Below are positions 19,197 through 28,643 of a stretch of 64,000 bases of DNA, piece by piece (within the stretch, counting starts at the first letter, position 1; the number at the start of each line of letters is the position of its first letter). The stretch is from assembly GCA_030647955.1 (NCBI GenBank), contig JAUSIQ010000003.1, forward strand, positions 2,111 through 66,110, given 5' to 3'. A model generated the notes under the pieces. That model saw nothing but the letters and a program-made list of their open reading frames with translations. It made no database searches and was not told the DNA's origin. A program made the position numbers and the translations under genes. This DNA comes from a bacterium. GTDB lineage: Bacteria > Patescibacteriota > Minisyncoccia > 2-02-FULL-40-12 > IGHO2-12-FULL-4.

Positions 19197-19736
19197 CTAG
19201 CTAGGAGTAAATATTTTCTGAACCGTTCTTTGGGTCAAATCAACCAAATGAATGGAGGCATTCTCTAGCTTAATTCGAAAACGCTGACCGAATTCTTCGG
19301 CAAATTTCCAAACAGTCTCGTCTATTTCCGGCATGTGGCTTATGGCGATAATACTCTGCCATTCAGGATTCTGGGCAGCGAAATCTTGTAGGCGCAAAAA
19401 GGTATCTTCTTTGGTATCACAAGTTAGCCAACGCATTTCTTGTGCAGTTGGTAGGTTCAGGATAGAACTGATAATGTCCGCACTTTTAATGGCGCGAGTT
19501 AACTCGGAAGTCAGTAAGATCGTTTTCTCATCTGGGCAGAGAGCGGCTTTTAAAAAAATAGCGGCTTGCTCTATTTGATTCTTGCCTAGACTGGCGGCTC
19601 CAGCGTCAAAATCATTATAGCCGTGTCGTACTAAAAAGATTTTCAATCTTCGCCTCCTGAATTTTAAAGACCTTAATTTAAATTTAACAAAGGAGCCTAG
19701 TTTGTAAAGGAATAATTTAAGTAATGGTGTCGTCAC
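19197..19736 (-). CDS. Histidine phosphatase family protein (SixA-like)
   Basis: IFLVRHG, LLTSELTRA, IAISHMP; start uncertain. Confidence 0.8.
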   Translation of the reverse strand: MTTPLLKLFLYKLGSFVKFKLRSLKFRRRRLKIFLVRHGYNDFDAGAASLGKNQIEQAAIFLKAALCPDEKTILLTSELTRAIKSADIISSILNLPTAQEMRWLTCDTKEDTFLRLQDFAAQNPEWQSIIAISHMPEIDETVWKFAEEFGQRFRIKLENASIHLVDLTQRTVQKIFTPS

Positions 19737-19761
19737 AAATTTCCTTTTCAGTACCGTGGCA

Positions 19762-19794
19762 AAACAAAAATCGGCTTAAAGCCGATTTTTGTTT
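19762..19794. terminator. Long inverted repeat / terminator
   Basis: AAACAAAAATCGGCTT-A-AAGCCGATTTTTGTTT. Confidence 0.6.
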
Positions 19795-19797
19795 ACG

Positions 19798-20070
19798 CTA
19801 TTCTTTTGTCGTCGACTTTCTTTTGCTGAAAACGTAGAGATAGAGAATATCTAAAATTCCCGCCGTGTGAATTAAGAGGAGAGCGATAAACCATCCTCTT
19901 TCTCCGCGGCGTGCGGCGCGCCAGAGGGCCATGCCTTTCCAGGCGAGCGACCAGATGATTAACAGGGCGAAGAAAAAACCGGCAACGCCAAAGGTCATAT
20001 CTCTAGCAAAAGGCATATTCCAGTGGCCGTAAAACTGGTGCCAACCGTAATCCGTGTAGTCGTAATCCAT
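19798..20070 (-). CDS. Small membrane protein (DUF5652-like)
   Basis: WSLAWKGMALWRAARR...WFIALLLIHTAGILDILYL. Confidence 0.8.
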   Translation of the reverse strand: MDYDYTDYGWHQFYGHWNMPFARDMTFGVAGFFFALLIIWSLAWKGMALWRAARRGERGWFIALLLIHTAGILDILYLYVFSKRKSTTKE

Positions 20071-20158
20071 ATGTTATTAAATAATTTACTGATTACTCAC
20101 TAATTATAGTCCCTTAAGAATTAGCGAACAAGGGTGAAGAGGAGATGAGAAAGAAGGG

Positions 20159-20292
20159 TGTGCTCGAGGTGGGACTTGGCTTCGACTCTCGGCTCGCCGC
20201 CGCTCGCCTCGGTCTAGCCACCGCCTCGCGGTCCCTCAAGCTTTCGGGACAGCGCTCCGGCGTTCAAGTCCCAGCACAAATAAAAAGTTATT
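20159..20292. mobile_element. 134-bp mini-element at the tRNA-Leu 3' end with 20-bp att-like duplication
   Basis: 20159-20178 equals 20293-20312 (TGTGCTCGAGGTGGGACTTG); internal inverted T-arm copy GTTCAAGTCCCA. Confidence 0.7.
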
Positions 20293-20294
20293 TG

Positions 20295-20377
20295 TGCTCG
20301 AGGTGGGACTTGAACCCACAAGGTCGTGAGACCACACGATTTTGAGTCGTGCGTGTATGCCATTCCACCACTCGAGC
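20295..20377 (-). tRNA. tRNA-Leu(CAA)
   Basis: GCTCGAG acceptor, CACGA-CTCAAAA-TCGTG anticodon arm, long variable arm, GGTTCAAGTCC; CCA not encoded. Confidence 0.95.
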
Positions 20378-20634
20378 AATATTAATGCATTTTAGCATAT
20401 TTTTGACAATTTTCAACTTGTGAGGGCATTGTAAGAAGCACTATGTTCCGCTACAATTAAGATACTTAACAGCGATTCCAATTAATATCTCGGCGTCTTA
20501 ATCGGCATCATCAAGCTTCGCTTGATGGCCGATATCCGCCGACCGTAAAATTGCTCCAAAGAAGCAAATCTCTCGGAAGCATAAGGGACTTCTTTACCGC
20601 AATTTTACTGATATCAATTTGAACCTTCGACGTC

Positions 20635-21396
20635 GTGGCACGCATCATAAACATCTGTAACGAAAAAGGTGGAGTTGGTAAGACCACCACCACTATTAAC
20701 TTGGCTGCTTATCTTGCTGCTCTGGGAAAGTATGTTTTGGTTGTTGATCTTGACCCCCAGGCTAATGCTAGCGGTGGTTTGGGAGTGAAGGTAGCAGATG
20801 ATCATCTCAATATTTATCACTCTCTGGTGGGAAACGAAAGTCCAGGTTCTTATTTGAGAAAAACTGCTTTGTTCGGCTATGATCTTTTGCCAGCTTCGGC
20901 TAGTTTAGCTGGGGCGACGGTGGAATTGGTGAGTGTGGAGTCTAGAGAGTTTCGTTTAAAGAAGGCCCTCAACTCTATTCGTACTAATTACGATTACATT
21001 TTGATTGATTCTCCTCCTTCATTGGGCTTGCTGACCATTAATGGCTTGGCAGCCGCTGAAGAAGTTATTATTCCGGTGCAGTGTGAGTATTTTGCGCTCG
21101 AAGGATTGGGAAATTTGTTGCAAACCATTGAATTGGTACGCTCTTCTTTAAATCCACAATTGAAAATCGCCGGAGTATTGCTTACAATGTATGATAAGAG
21201 GAACAGATTAGCGCGCGCGGTAGTGAAAGAAGTGCAAACCAATTTTCCCGGCAGAGTTTTTGAAGCAGTTATTCCGCGTTCCATTTCTTTAGCGGAGGCT
21301 CCGAGTTTTGGAAAAACTATTTTACAATTCGATCCAGGTTCCAAAGCCGGCCGGGCTTATCGGCAATTAGCGGAGGAAGTTGTTAGAATAATCTAG
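20635..21396 (+). CDS. parA: ParA/Soj ATPase
   Basis: KGGVGKTTT, DLDPQANA, IDSPPSLG, PVQCEYFALEG. Confidence 0.96.
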   Translation: MARIINICNEKGGVGKTTTTINLAAYLAALGKYVLVVDLDPQANASGGLGVKVADDHLNIYHSLVGNESPGSYLRKTALFGYDLLPASASLAGATVELVSVESREFRLKKALNSIRTNYDYILIDSPPSLGLLTINGLAAAEEVIIPVQCEYFALEGLGNLLQTIELVRSSLNPQLKIAGVLLTMYDKRNRLARAVVKEVQTNFPGRVFEAVIPRSISLAEAPSFGKTILQFDPGSKAGRAYRQLAEEVVRII

Positions 21397-21474
21397 TTTA
21401 TCAAGTTTATAATGTTATAAAGTTTGTAAAGTTAAAATCTCTGACTTTAAAAACTTTACGAACTTGATGAACTT
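21395..21474. repeat. ~9-nt-periodic AT-rich palindrome (copy A)
   Basis: AGTTTATCA/AGTTTATAA units then AACTTTA/AACTTGATGAACT units; overlaps the parA stop. Confidence 0.85.
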
Positions 21475-21485
21475 TTAACCCAACT

Positions 21486-22367
21486 TTGAAAAAGTTGTTT
21501 GGATTAGGTAAGGGCTTAAGCTCTCTTATACCGCCATCAACGGCGAAAAAGATTAATCCGGAAGAATCGCCGGCTAGTGTTTTTTATGTGGAAACAAGCA
21601 AAATTAAGCCTAATCCAGATCAACCTCGAAAAGATTTTGATGCCAGCGCGCTGGCCGAGTTAGCCTCTTCGATTAAGAAATATGGTATTTTGCAGCCCCT
21701 TTTAGTGGTTAAGATGGAAAAAGATTCTCCACGAGGAATTAATGTGGAATATCAGTTGGTAGCCGGAGAAAGGCGCTGGCGTGCGGCTAGATTAGTTAAC
21801 CTGCCTCAAGTTCCGGTGATCGTTAAAGATTCAGTAGTAGAGGACAAGATGAAGCTGGAGTTGGCCTTAGTGGAAAATCTCCAACGCGAAGATCTCAATG
21901 TCATGGAAGAAGCAGAAGCCTTCTCAAGATTACAAAAAGATTTTAGATTAACTCAAAAAGAAATTGGTGAACGAGTAGGAAAGAGTCGTGAGGTGGTGGC
22001 CAATAGCGTACGTTTATTGGAGTTACCAGGCGACATTAAAGAAAGCGTGCGTGCCGGGAAAATTTCGCGAACCCATGCCCGCGCTTTATTGGCTTTTAAA
22101 GATACGGATCAGCAGAGAGAGATGTATAAACAAATCTTAGCCGGCAGAATGGTGACGCGAGAAGTGGAAGAGGTGGCGGCTAGTGCCGTCAGTAGAGAGA
22201 AATCTTCTCCGGCCAAGGAGAATCGTTTTGATCAATTAGAAAAAAATCTTAGCGGCACACTCGGCACTCTCGTATTCATCAAAAACGGAGATAAGGGCGG
22301 ACGCATCGTCATTAAATTCGCTGATTTGGGCGAACTCAACAAAATCGTAAAAAGTATTCTTGACTAA
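21486..22367 (+). CDS. parB: ParB/Spo0J
   Basis: GLGKGLSSLI, PNPDQPRK, GILQPL, AGERRWRA, LVENLQREDL. Confidence 0.96.
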   Translation: MKKLFGLGKGLSSLIPPSTAKKINPEESPASVFYVETSKIKPNPDQPRKDFDASALAELASSIKKYGILQPLLVVKMEKDSPRGINVEYQLVAGERRWRAARLVNLPQVPVIVKDSVVEDKMKLELALVENLQREDLNVMEEAEAFSRLQKDFRLTQKEIGERVGKSREVVANSVRLLELPGDIKESVRAGKISRTHARALLAFKDTDQQREMYKQILAGRMVTREVEEVAASAVSREKSSPAKENRFDQLEKNLSGTLGTLVFIKNGDKGGRIVIKFADLGELNKIVKSILD

Positions 22368-22385
22368 AGGTTTAGTAGTTTTGAT

Positions 22386-24341
22386 CTAGGCGAGTTTTTT
22401 GGCCGAGAGGATATCTTTGTGACTTTCTAACTTCTGAAAAAGACGTTTGGCATGAGCACTATTTTTCAGTGCTAAGGTAAGATTAACTGCCCCGACGCCA
22501 TTAGCGGCCGGGCTGTTTTTTATTTCCATTACATTAATTTTTAGATCGTTCATGATCTTGCCAATCTCCTGGAGCATACCAATACGATCTTTGACTTGCA
22601 GAGCGACGCGCAGGGGATAGTAGTCGGCCTTTTCCGGCCAGGCGACGGGAACTAGTTTTTTAGAGTTGAATTTCTTGAGATTGGCACATTCAACGCGATG
22701 AATAGAAATGCCTCTTTGTTTGGTTATATAGCCAATGATTTCGTTACTGGGAAGAGGCGAACAGCAGTGTGCCACAGTGGATAAGACATTGTATTGCCCG
22801 GTTACAAATATTTTACCTGCAGATACGGAAGTAAGCCGCAGAGGAGCGGGTTGGGGTTCAACATGAATGGGAGAAGGAGGGGGAACCGGTTCAGGATGTT
22901 TTTCTTTTAATAATGCTTGGATTTTTTTCTTTGCTTCGGTGGTTTTGACAATATTAAGCCAATCCCGTGATGGTTGGCGATATTTCCAGGTGACTATTTC
23001 GATAACTTCGCCATTTCTCAATCTGTAATCCAGGGGAACAATTTTGCCGTTTACTTTTGCGGCTTTGGCACTATGGCCGATATCAGTGTGGATGGCATAG
23101 GCAAAATCCAAAGGAGTGGATCCTTCGGGTAGATCTTTAACGTCTCCTTTGGGGGTGAGGACGAAGATACGGTCGCTAAAAAAGTTAGTGCGCAAAGAAT
23201 GATAAAATTCTTGGCTGGTAGCGTTGGCCATCCAGTTCTTTAACTCGGCGATCCACTTGGCTTCTTTGAGGTTGGCGGTATGTAATTTATTTTTACCAGA
23301 TTCTCCATAAGACCAGTGTGCGGCCACACCATTTTCGGCATGCTCATGCATTTCCGGGGTGCGTAGCTGAATCTCGGCGATTTTTCCACCCTCACAAAAG
23401 ATAGTGGTATGAATGGATCGATAGCCGTTGAGCTTTGGTAGGGCGATGTAATCCTTAATTAATCCTGGAACGGGCTTATAATTTTTATGCACAATGCCCA
23501 AGGCTTCGTAGCAAGAGGCAATACTAGGCAGAATAATACGGAGAGCAACTAAGTCATAAATGCGACTTAGATCATAATCTTGTTTAATAATTTTTTTGTA
23601 TAGGCTGTAGTAGTGTTTAGCTCGAGCGTTAGCATTAATCACCGGAATATTATGTTCAGCTAGACAGTTAATGATGATCGGCTGGACTCTTTCGAGATAT
23701 TTTCTGCGATCATGGTATTTGTCTTTGACCTCGTTGATCAGCCAGGCGTATTCTCTGGGGTAGACGTGGGGAAAGGCCATGTCTTCCAGCTCTCCCTTCA
23801 CTTGTCCCATTCCTAAGCGTTCGGCAATAGGAGCGTAGATTTCTAGAGTTTCTAGGCTAATTCTTTGACGGCCGGCAGAAGACTGTCCGCCGATAGTTTT
23901 CATGTTGTGATACCGATCGGCCAACTTGATCAAGATGACGCGAATGTCTTCGGCCATGGCAAAAAACATTTTGCGGAGAGACTGGGCTTTTAGATTTTGT
24001 TTGGCCTGAATATCTGGCGCGCCTTGATAGGCGAGAGCGGAAAGTTTAGTCACGGCTTTAACTAGGAAGGTAATTTCCTTGCCAAAAGCTTTTTCCATTT
24101 CTTCCTCGGTGACGGGAGTGTCTTCTAAAACATCATGCACGAGGCAGGCCGCGATAGTCACGCCGTCTAGTTTAAGGTCAGCCAGCATTTCGGCGGTGGC
24201 CAGAGGATGGGTAATGTAGGGTTCACCTGAAGCGCGGAACTGTCCCGCGTGCGCTTTTTCCGCAAAAAGAAAGGCCCGTTTGACTAGTTCACGGTCATCC
24301 TTACGAGTAGGATCAATTTTGTTTAAAAGGCCCTGATACAT
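22386..24341 (-). CDS. rel: RelA/SpoT (p)ppGpp synthetase/hydrolase
   Basis: HAGQFRASGEPYITHP, HDVLED, IKLADR, KDYIA.PK.NGYRSIHT, TGS and ACT domains. Confidence 0.95.
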   Translation of the reverse strand: MYQGLLNKIDPTRKDDRELVKRAFLFAEKAHAGQFRASGEPYITHPLATAEMLADLKLDGVTIAACLVHDVLEDTPVTEEEMEKAFGKEITFLVKAVTKLSALAYQGAPDIQAKQNLKAQSLRKMFFAMAEDIRVILIKLADRYHNMKTIGGQSSAGRQRISLETLEIYAPIAERLGMGQVKGELEDMAFPHVYPREYAWLINEVKDKYHDRRKYLERVQPIIINCLAEHNIPVINANARAKHYYSLYKKIIKQDYDLSRIYDLVALRIILPSIASCYEALGIVHKNYKPVPGLIKDYIALPKLNGYRSIHTTIFCEGGKIAEIQLRTPEMHEHAENGVAAHWSYGESGKNKLHTANLKEAKWIAELKNWMANATSQEFYHSLRTNFFSDRIFVLTPKGDVKDLPEGSTPLDFAYAIHTDIGHSAKAAKVNGKIVPLDYRLRNGEVIEIVTWKYRQPSRDWLNIVKTTEAKKKIQALLKEKHPEPVPPPSPIHVEPQPAPLRLTSVSAGKIFVTGQYNVLSTVAHCCSPLPSNEIIGYITKQRGISIHRVECANLKKFNSKKLVPVAWPEKADYYPLRVALQVKDRIGMLQEIGKIMNDLKINVMEIKNSPAANGVGAVNLTLALKNSAHAKRLFQKLESHKDILSAKKLA

Positions 24342-24356
24342 GACAAAAGGGTTAAA

Positions 24357-24438
24357 TCCCGTTAGAGATGATGATATGTGTCGTAGTCAAGATATTATTT
24401 TTAAATCAAATTGGGGACTTGGTAGATCTCTAACGGGA
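24357..24438. mobile_element. MITE-like element with TIRs and 4-bp TSD (TAAA)
   Basis: TAAA|TCCCGTTAGAGAT...ATCTCTAACGGGA|TAAA. Confidence 0.75.
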
Positions 24439-24471
24439 TAAACTTTAATCTAACAGAAACTCATTATGTTG

Positions 24472-24507
24472 ACAAAACCCCGCCCCTCTAGAGGGGCGGG
24501 GTTTTGT
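24472..24507. repeat. 36-bp perfect palindrome (probable topA terminator or REP-like)
   Basis: ACAAAACCCCGCCCCTCTAGAGGGGCGGGGTTTTGT. Confidence 0.8.
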
Positions 24508-24517
24508 GGAGGAGTAT

Positions 24518-26752
24518 TTATTTCGGCTCGGCAGACTTAGCGGGTGCGTTTTTTGGTTTAGGAGGATTGTCTTTCCAATGTTGCAAGGCCTCTTGAAGCT
24601 CGGCTTCGCTCTCCGGTTTTTTGCCCATTAAGAAATTACAGTCCGGATAGCTGGTGCAGGCGTAAAAAACTTTGCCGCGTCCGCGAGATTTCTTTTCTAC
24701 GACATCGCCAATTGGGCCTCCTTCGCCAAGGCTTCGGCGGGCCAAGCAATTCGGACATTTGAATCCAGTTTTGTTCCAGATTTTAGAAATACCTTTGCAG
24801 GCTGGATAGTCACTGCAGCCCAAAAAGTATCCGAATCGGCCGCGTTTGACGATCATTGGTTTACTGCAAAGCGGGCAATTTTCTCCTTGGGTTTTTTCTT
24901 CCAGTTCTTTAATTTTAGCGGCCTCTTCAGGTAAGGGCATAGTTACTTTGCTTTCCGGGTCGGGGCAGGCCATAAACTTTCCCATGCGTCCGAATTTAAT
25001 AATCATCATTTTACCACAATGAGGGCAAGGGGTAGCTGAAATTTCAGTTAGTTTTTCCACGCTGACTTCTTTTTCCGTCAGATGCTTTTTGAAAGGAGTA
25101 TAGAATTCCTCGATAACCGGAACCCACTTTGATTTTCCCGCAGCGATGTTATCGAGTTCTTCTTCCATGTGAGAAGTGAAATTGATGTCGATAATTTCAG
25201 GGAAGTTTTCTACCAACATGTCATTAACCAAAAAACCAATTTCCGTCGGCTGATATTTTTTATCGATTTTGGCCACATAGTCTCGCTCTTGAATGGTTGA
25301 AAGAGTTGGAGCATAGGTGGACGGGCGGCCCACGCCGTGAGTTTCCAAAGCTTTAATGAGAGAGGCATCGGTGTAGCGAGGAGGAGGTTCGGTAAAATGT
25401 TGGAGCGGCAATAAGTCCAAGAGTTTTAAAATCTCATCGACGTTTAAGTCTGGTAATTGTCCTTCAACCTCTTCCTCTTCCTTCTCATCTTGGCCTTCGG
25501 TGTAGGCGCGAATAAATCCGTCGAATTTTACGACTTGTCCGTTAGCACGAAAAGTGTGATGAACACCGGCCGTGCGAGGCTTGGCATCAATATCGACGCT
25601 AGTTTGATCAAAAACGGCCGGAGCCATCTGGCTAGCGATAGCGCGTTTCCAAATTAAATCATAAAGACGAGACTGGCTACGCTCTAATTCACCCTTCATT
25701 ATATCCGGAGACTTGGAAAAGTCGGTGGGGCGGATAGCTTCGTGGGCTTCCTGGGCTCCTTTGGACTTGGTGGTGTACTGGCGTAATTGGGAATAGTTTG
25801 GTCCGAAATATTGGGTGACTACTTCTTTGGCCTGAGCTAAAGCGGATTGGGCCAGGTTAACGCTATCTGTACGCATGTAGGTGATGTGCCCGTTTTCATA
25901 GAGCTGTTGAGCAATCATCATGGTCTGTTTGGCAGACATGCCTAATTTACGTGCGGCTTCCTGCTGGAGAGTAGAAGTCGTAAAGGGAGCAGCGGGGTTG
26001 CGCGTCACTTCTTTTTTGTTAATCTCGGCGACGCGATAATCCGCCCCATCCAAGGTGGCCAAGATTTTCTTGGCCGAGGGCTCGTTTTTTAAATCCATTT
26101 TGCCCAAAGCCTTCTCGCCAATTTTAATCAAGCGTCCGCGAAATTTGGGTCCACCCGTTTTTTTCTTAAAATCTGCTTCGATGCTCCAATATTCTTCTTT
26201 AACGAACTTTTGAATCTCTCGTTCGCGCTCCACTACTAAGCGCACGGCTACGCTTTGTACTCTGCCGGCCGATAAGCCGTAGCGAATTTTTTTCCACAAA
26301 AAAGGAGAGAGTTCGTAACCTACTAATCGGTCTAAAACGCGACGAGCTTGCTGGGCATCAATCAAATTAAAATCTAACTCTCGAGGGTGCTCGAGAGCTT
26401 CTTGAATGGCGCCCTTGGTGATTTCATGAAAAACAATTCTCTGGACCTTTTTCTTTTTAAAATTAAGCGCTTCGCTTAAATGCCAAGAGATGGCCTCGCC
26501 TTCACGATCAGGATCGGTTGCGAGTAAAATTGTGTCGGATTTTTCGACGGCTTCTTTTAACTCCGCGATAACTTTTTTGGCTTTGGCCGGAATAACATAT
26601 TTCGGTTCAAAGTTGTGCTCCACGTCGACACCCAGTTTTGACTTGGGCAAATCGCGGACATGGCCGAAAGAAGACAACACCTTAAAATCCGATCCTAAAA
26701 ACTTTTGCACAGTTTTCGATTTAGTTGGACTTTCTACTATAATAAGTTTCAT
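24518..26752 (-). CDS. topA: DNA topoisomerase I
   Basis: IVESPTK, ATDPDREGEAI, SAGRVQS, ITYMRTDS, C-terminal zinc ribbons. Confidence 0.97.
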   Translation of the reverse strand: MKLIIVESPTKSKTVQKFLGSDFKVLSSFGHVRDLPKSKLGVDVEHNFEPKYVIPAKAKKVIAELKEAVEKSDTILLATDPDREGEAISWHLSEALNFKKKKVQRIVFHEITKGAIQEALEHPRELDFNLIDAQQARRVLDRLVGYELSPFLWKKIRYGLSAGRVQSVAVRLVVEREREIQKFVKEEYWSIEADFKKKTGGPKFRGRLIKIGEKALGKMDLKNEPSAKKILATLDGADYRVAEINKKEVTRNPAAPFTTSTLQQEAARKLGMSAKQTMMIAQQLYENGHITYMRTDSVNLAQSALAQAKEVVTQYFGPNYSQLRQYTTKSKGAQEAHEAIRPTDFSKSPDIMKGELERSQSRLYDLIWKRAIASQMAPAVFDQTSVDIDAKPRTAGVHHTFRANGQVVKFDGFIRAYTEGQDEKEEEEVEGQLPDLNVDEILKLLDLLPLQHFTEPPPRYTDASLIKALETHGVGRPSTYAPTLSTIQERDYVAKIDKKYQPTEIGFLVNDMLVENFPEIIDINFTSHMEEELDNIAAGKSKWVPVIEEFYTPFKKHLTEKEVSVEKLTEISATPCPHCGKMMIIKFGRMGKFMACPDPESKVTMPLPEEAAKIKELEEKTQGENCPLCSKPMIVKRGRFGYFLGCSDYPACKGISKIWNKTGFKCPNCLARRSLGEGGPIGDVVEKKSRGRGKVFYACTSYPDCNFLMGKKPESEAELQEALQHWKDNPPKPKNAPAKSAEPK
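24716..24745. repeat. ~30-bp hairpin element in frame in topA
   Basis: GCCTCCTTCGCCAAGGCTTCGGCGGGCCAA; encodes LARRSLGEGG after CPNC. Confidence 0.85.
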
Positions 26753-26802
26753 ATCTTTTTGTTGATTTGATAATTAATCCTGAGCAATGATCACTAGATT
26801 GA

Positions 26803-27858
26803 TTAAGTATATAGACAAAACTTGTTATTACCTAAATTTTTAACTTTGCTCTCCAGCTCCATGTCCATTAAACAGGAGACGACTTCTCGGGTGGGGCGTT
26901 CCGTTTGGCGGATAATTTGATCTAAGGTAACTGTTTCGTGACCAATGCTTTTCAATATCTTCTTCTCTAGCTCGTTGGCTGGAGCTACGACAGGCTTGAA
27001 GAGATTATACTGAATATTGTAATCTGTCAAAATGTCGCTAGCGGAAGCCACTAGTTTTGCTCCGGCTCGAATTAGATTATTGGGTCCTTGGGAGCGTGGC
27101 GAAAAGATTGATCCGGGGACGGCAAAGACATCGCGATTTTGATCTAGGGCACATCGGGCCGTAATTAAGGAACCACTCTTTTCATCCGCTTCCACGACGA
27201 GTATTCCTTTGGAAAGTCCGCTAATAATGCGGTTGCGTTGCGGAAAAGATTGTTTGTGGCCGTGAACATTCAGGCTGTATTCACTAATAATCGCGCCGCC
27301 TGTTTTTATAATATCCTTGGAGAGGGCCTGGTTCTGTTGGACGATAGAATTATCGTTAATCCCTCCGCCTAAAACGGCGATAGTGGGTAGTTTGTTTTTT
27401 ACGGCGGTTTGGTGAGCCATGCCATCGATACCCATCGCTAATCCAGAGACGATGGTAAAGCCGGCTTTGGCGATACCTTCGGCGATAACCGGAGTGGCGC
27501 GGCGGCCGTAATCGGTCGGATTTCGGGTGCCGACTATTCCAAAGCACAAGTTGTTAAGAATATCAGCGTTACCTTTTATATATAGTAGGAAGGGTCGGTC
27601 AGCGACATTTTTTAGTGACGGAGGGTAGGCCGGATCGTTGAGAGTAATAATCTGGAGTCCAGTATCTAAGACACGAGCATATTCTTTTTGCGGATTTATC
27701 TTGGCTTGGACTGAACCATCTTTCGGAAGAAATTTTTTGAGAGCAGGAGAATTCCAAGCCCGCTCAAAATTACCTTCAAATTCAGCGGCGATTTTATGGA
27801 GGACGCCTATTTCCGCGGAGATCAGAATATTGATGGCGTTGAGGTAGGGGAGTTGCAT
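26803..27858 (-). CDS. dprA: DNA-protecting protein DprA
   Basis: IVGTR, IVSGLAMGID, FPQRNRIISGLS, SGSLITA, VFAVPGSI. Confidence 0.95.
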   Translation of the reverse strand: MQLPYLNAINILISAEIGVLHKIAAEFEGNFERAWNSPALKKFLPKDGSVQAKINPQKEYARVLDTGLQIITLNDPAYPPSLKNVADRPFLLYIKGNADILNNLCFGIVGTRNPTDYGRRATPVIAEGIAKAGFTIVSGLAMGIDGMAHQTAVKNKLPTIAVLGGGINDNSIVQQNQALSKDIIKTGGAIISEYSLNVHGHKQSFPQRNRIISGLSKGILVVEADEKSGSLITARCALDQNRDVFAVPGSIFSPRSQGPNNLIRAGAKLVASASDILTDYNIQYNLFKPVVAPANELEKKILKSIGHETVTLDQIIRQTERPTREVVSCLMDMELESKVKNLGNNKFCLYT

Positions 27859-27864
27859 GGAGAA

Positions 27865-28431
27865 TTAGGAAACGATCTGAGTCAATTTCGCTAATCCTTC
27901 TTTGATAATCTTCTTGAGATCTTCCTTTTCGGTAGAAGTAAAAGAAGACAAAACCAAGTTGCCGATCAACTCTTTTCTCTTTTCGTCAGATGATTGGCTG
28001 CGAGCTAATTTTAATTTAGAGTTGCCGATGCCGATTTTAAGACGATAGATTTTTTCGGTTTTAAGATGATTGATAATTGAAGCCACCCCTTTGTGTCCGC
28101 CCGGACCGGATTCCGGGGTGAGTTTGGTGGAGCCAAATGGGACATCCAGATCATCGTGAATGATAATGATATTTTCGTTTTTCAATTTGTAGAAAGTTTT
28201 AATTTTCTTTACCGCTACACCGGAATTATTCACGTACGTCTGCGGCTTGGCTAAGATAACCTTTTGATCATTAAATTTCCCTGAAGCGATTTCCGCTTCC
28301 AGTTTTTTCTCCAATACAAACTCGCTGGCCTTCATTTCTTTGGCCAAAGCATCTAAAAACTTAAACCCCACATTGTGGCGAGTTCCTTCGTATTGCTTAT
28401 CCGGATTACCTAAACCGATAATTAGATACAT
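27865..28431 (-). CDS. pth: Peptidyl-tRNA hydrolase
   Basis: IIGLGNP..Y..TRHNVGF, KPQTYVNNSG, HDDLD, GGHKGV. Confidence 0.96.
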   Translation of the reverse strand: MYLIIGLGNPDKQYEGTRHNVGFKFLDALAKEMKASEFVLEKKLEAEIASGKFNDQKVILAKPQTYVNNSGVAVKKIKTFYKLKNENIIIIHDDLDVPFGSTKLTPESGPGGHKGVASIINHLKTEKIYRLKIGIGNSKLKLARSQSSDEKRKELIGNLVLSSFTSTEKEDLKKIIKEGLAKLTQIVS

Positions 28432-28542
28432 TCCGTACGAAGTAGCAGGGTCATGGACATAAGTTGAGTGACCACGACTTGGCTACCTTATTATTTAACG
28501 TTCCCGTTACCAGTTAACCCGACAGGGCGACTTCGTACGGGA
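28431..28542. mobile_element. MITE-like element with TIRs and 4-bp TSD (TACA) at the pth start codon
   Basis: TACA|TTCCGTACGAAGT...ACTTCGTACGGGA|TACA. Confidence 0.75.
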
Positions 28543-28643
28543 TACATGTCTTACATTATATAGGGAGAACAAAATAAGGCAAATAAGCGTATTTCGCTAT
28601 CTGTTGCAAAGGGGTAAAAAAACTGTTATTATGAGAGAACTTT

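Noticed and set aside
20145-20345. 66-aa ORF
   Set aside because: It overlaps the tRNA-Leu antisense strand and the mini-element
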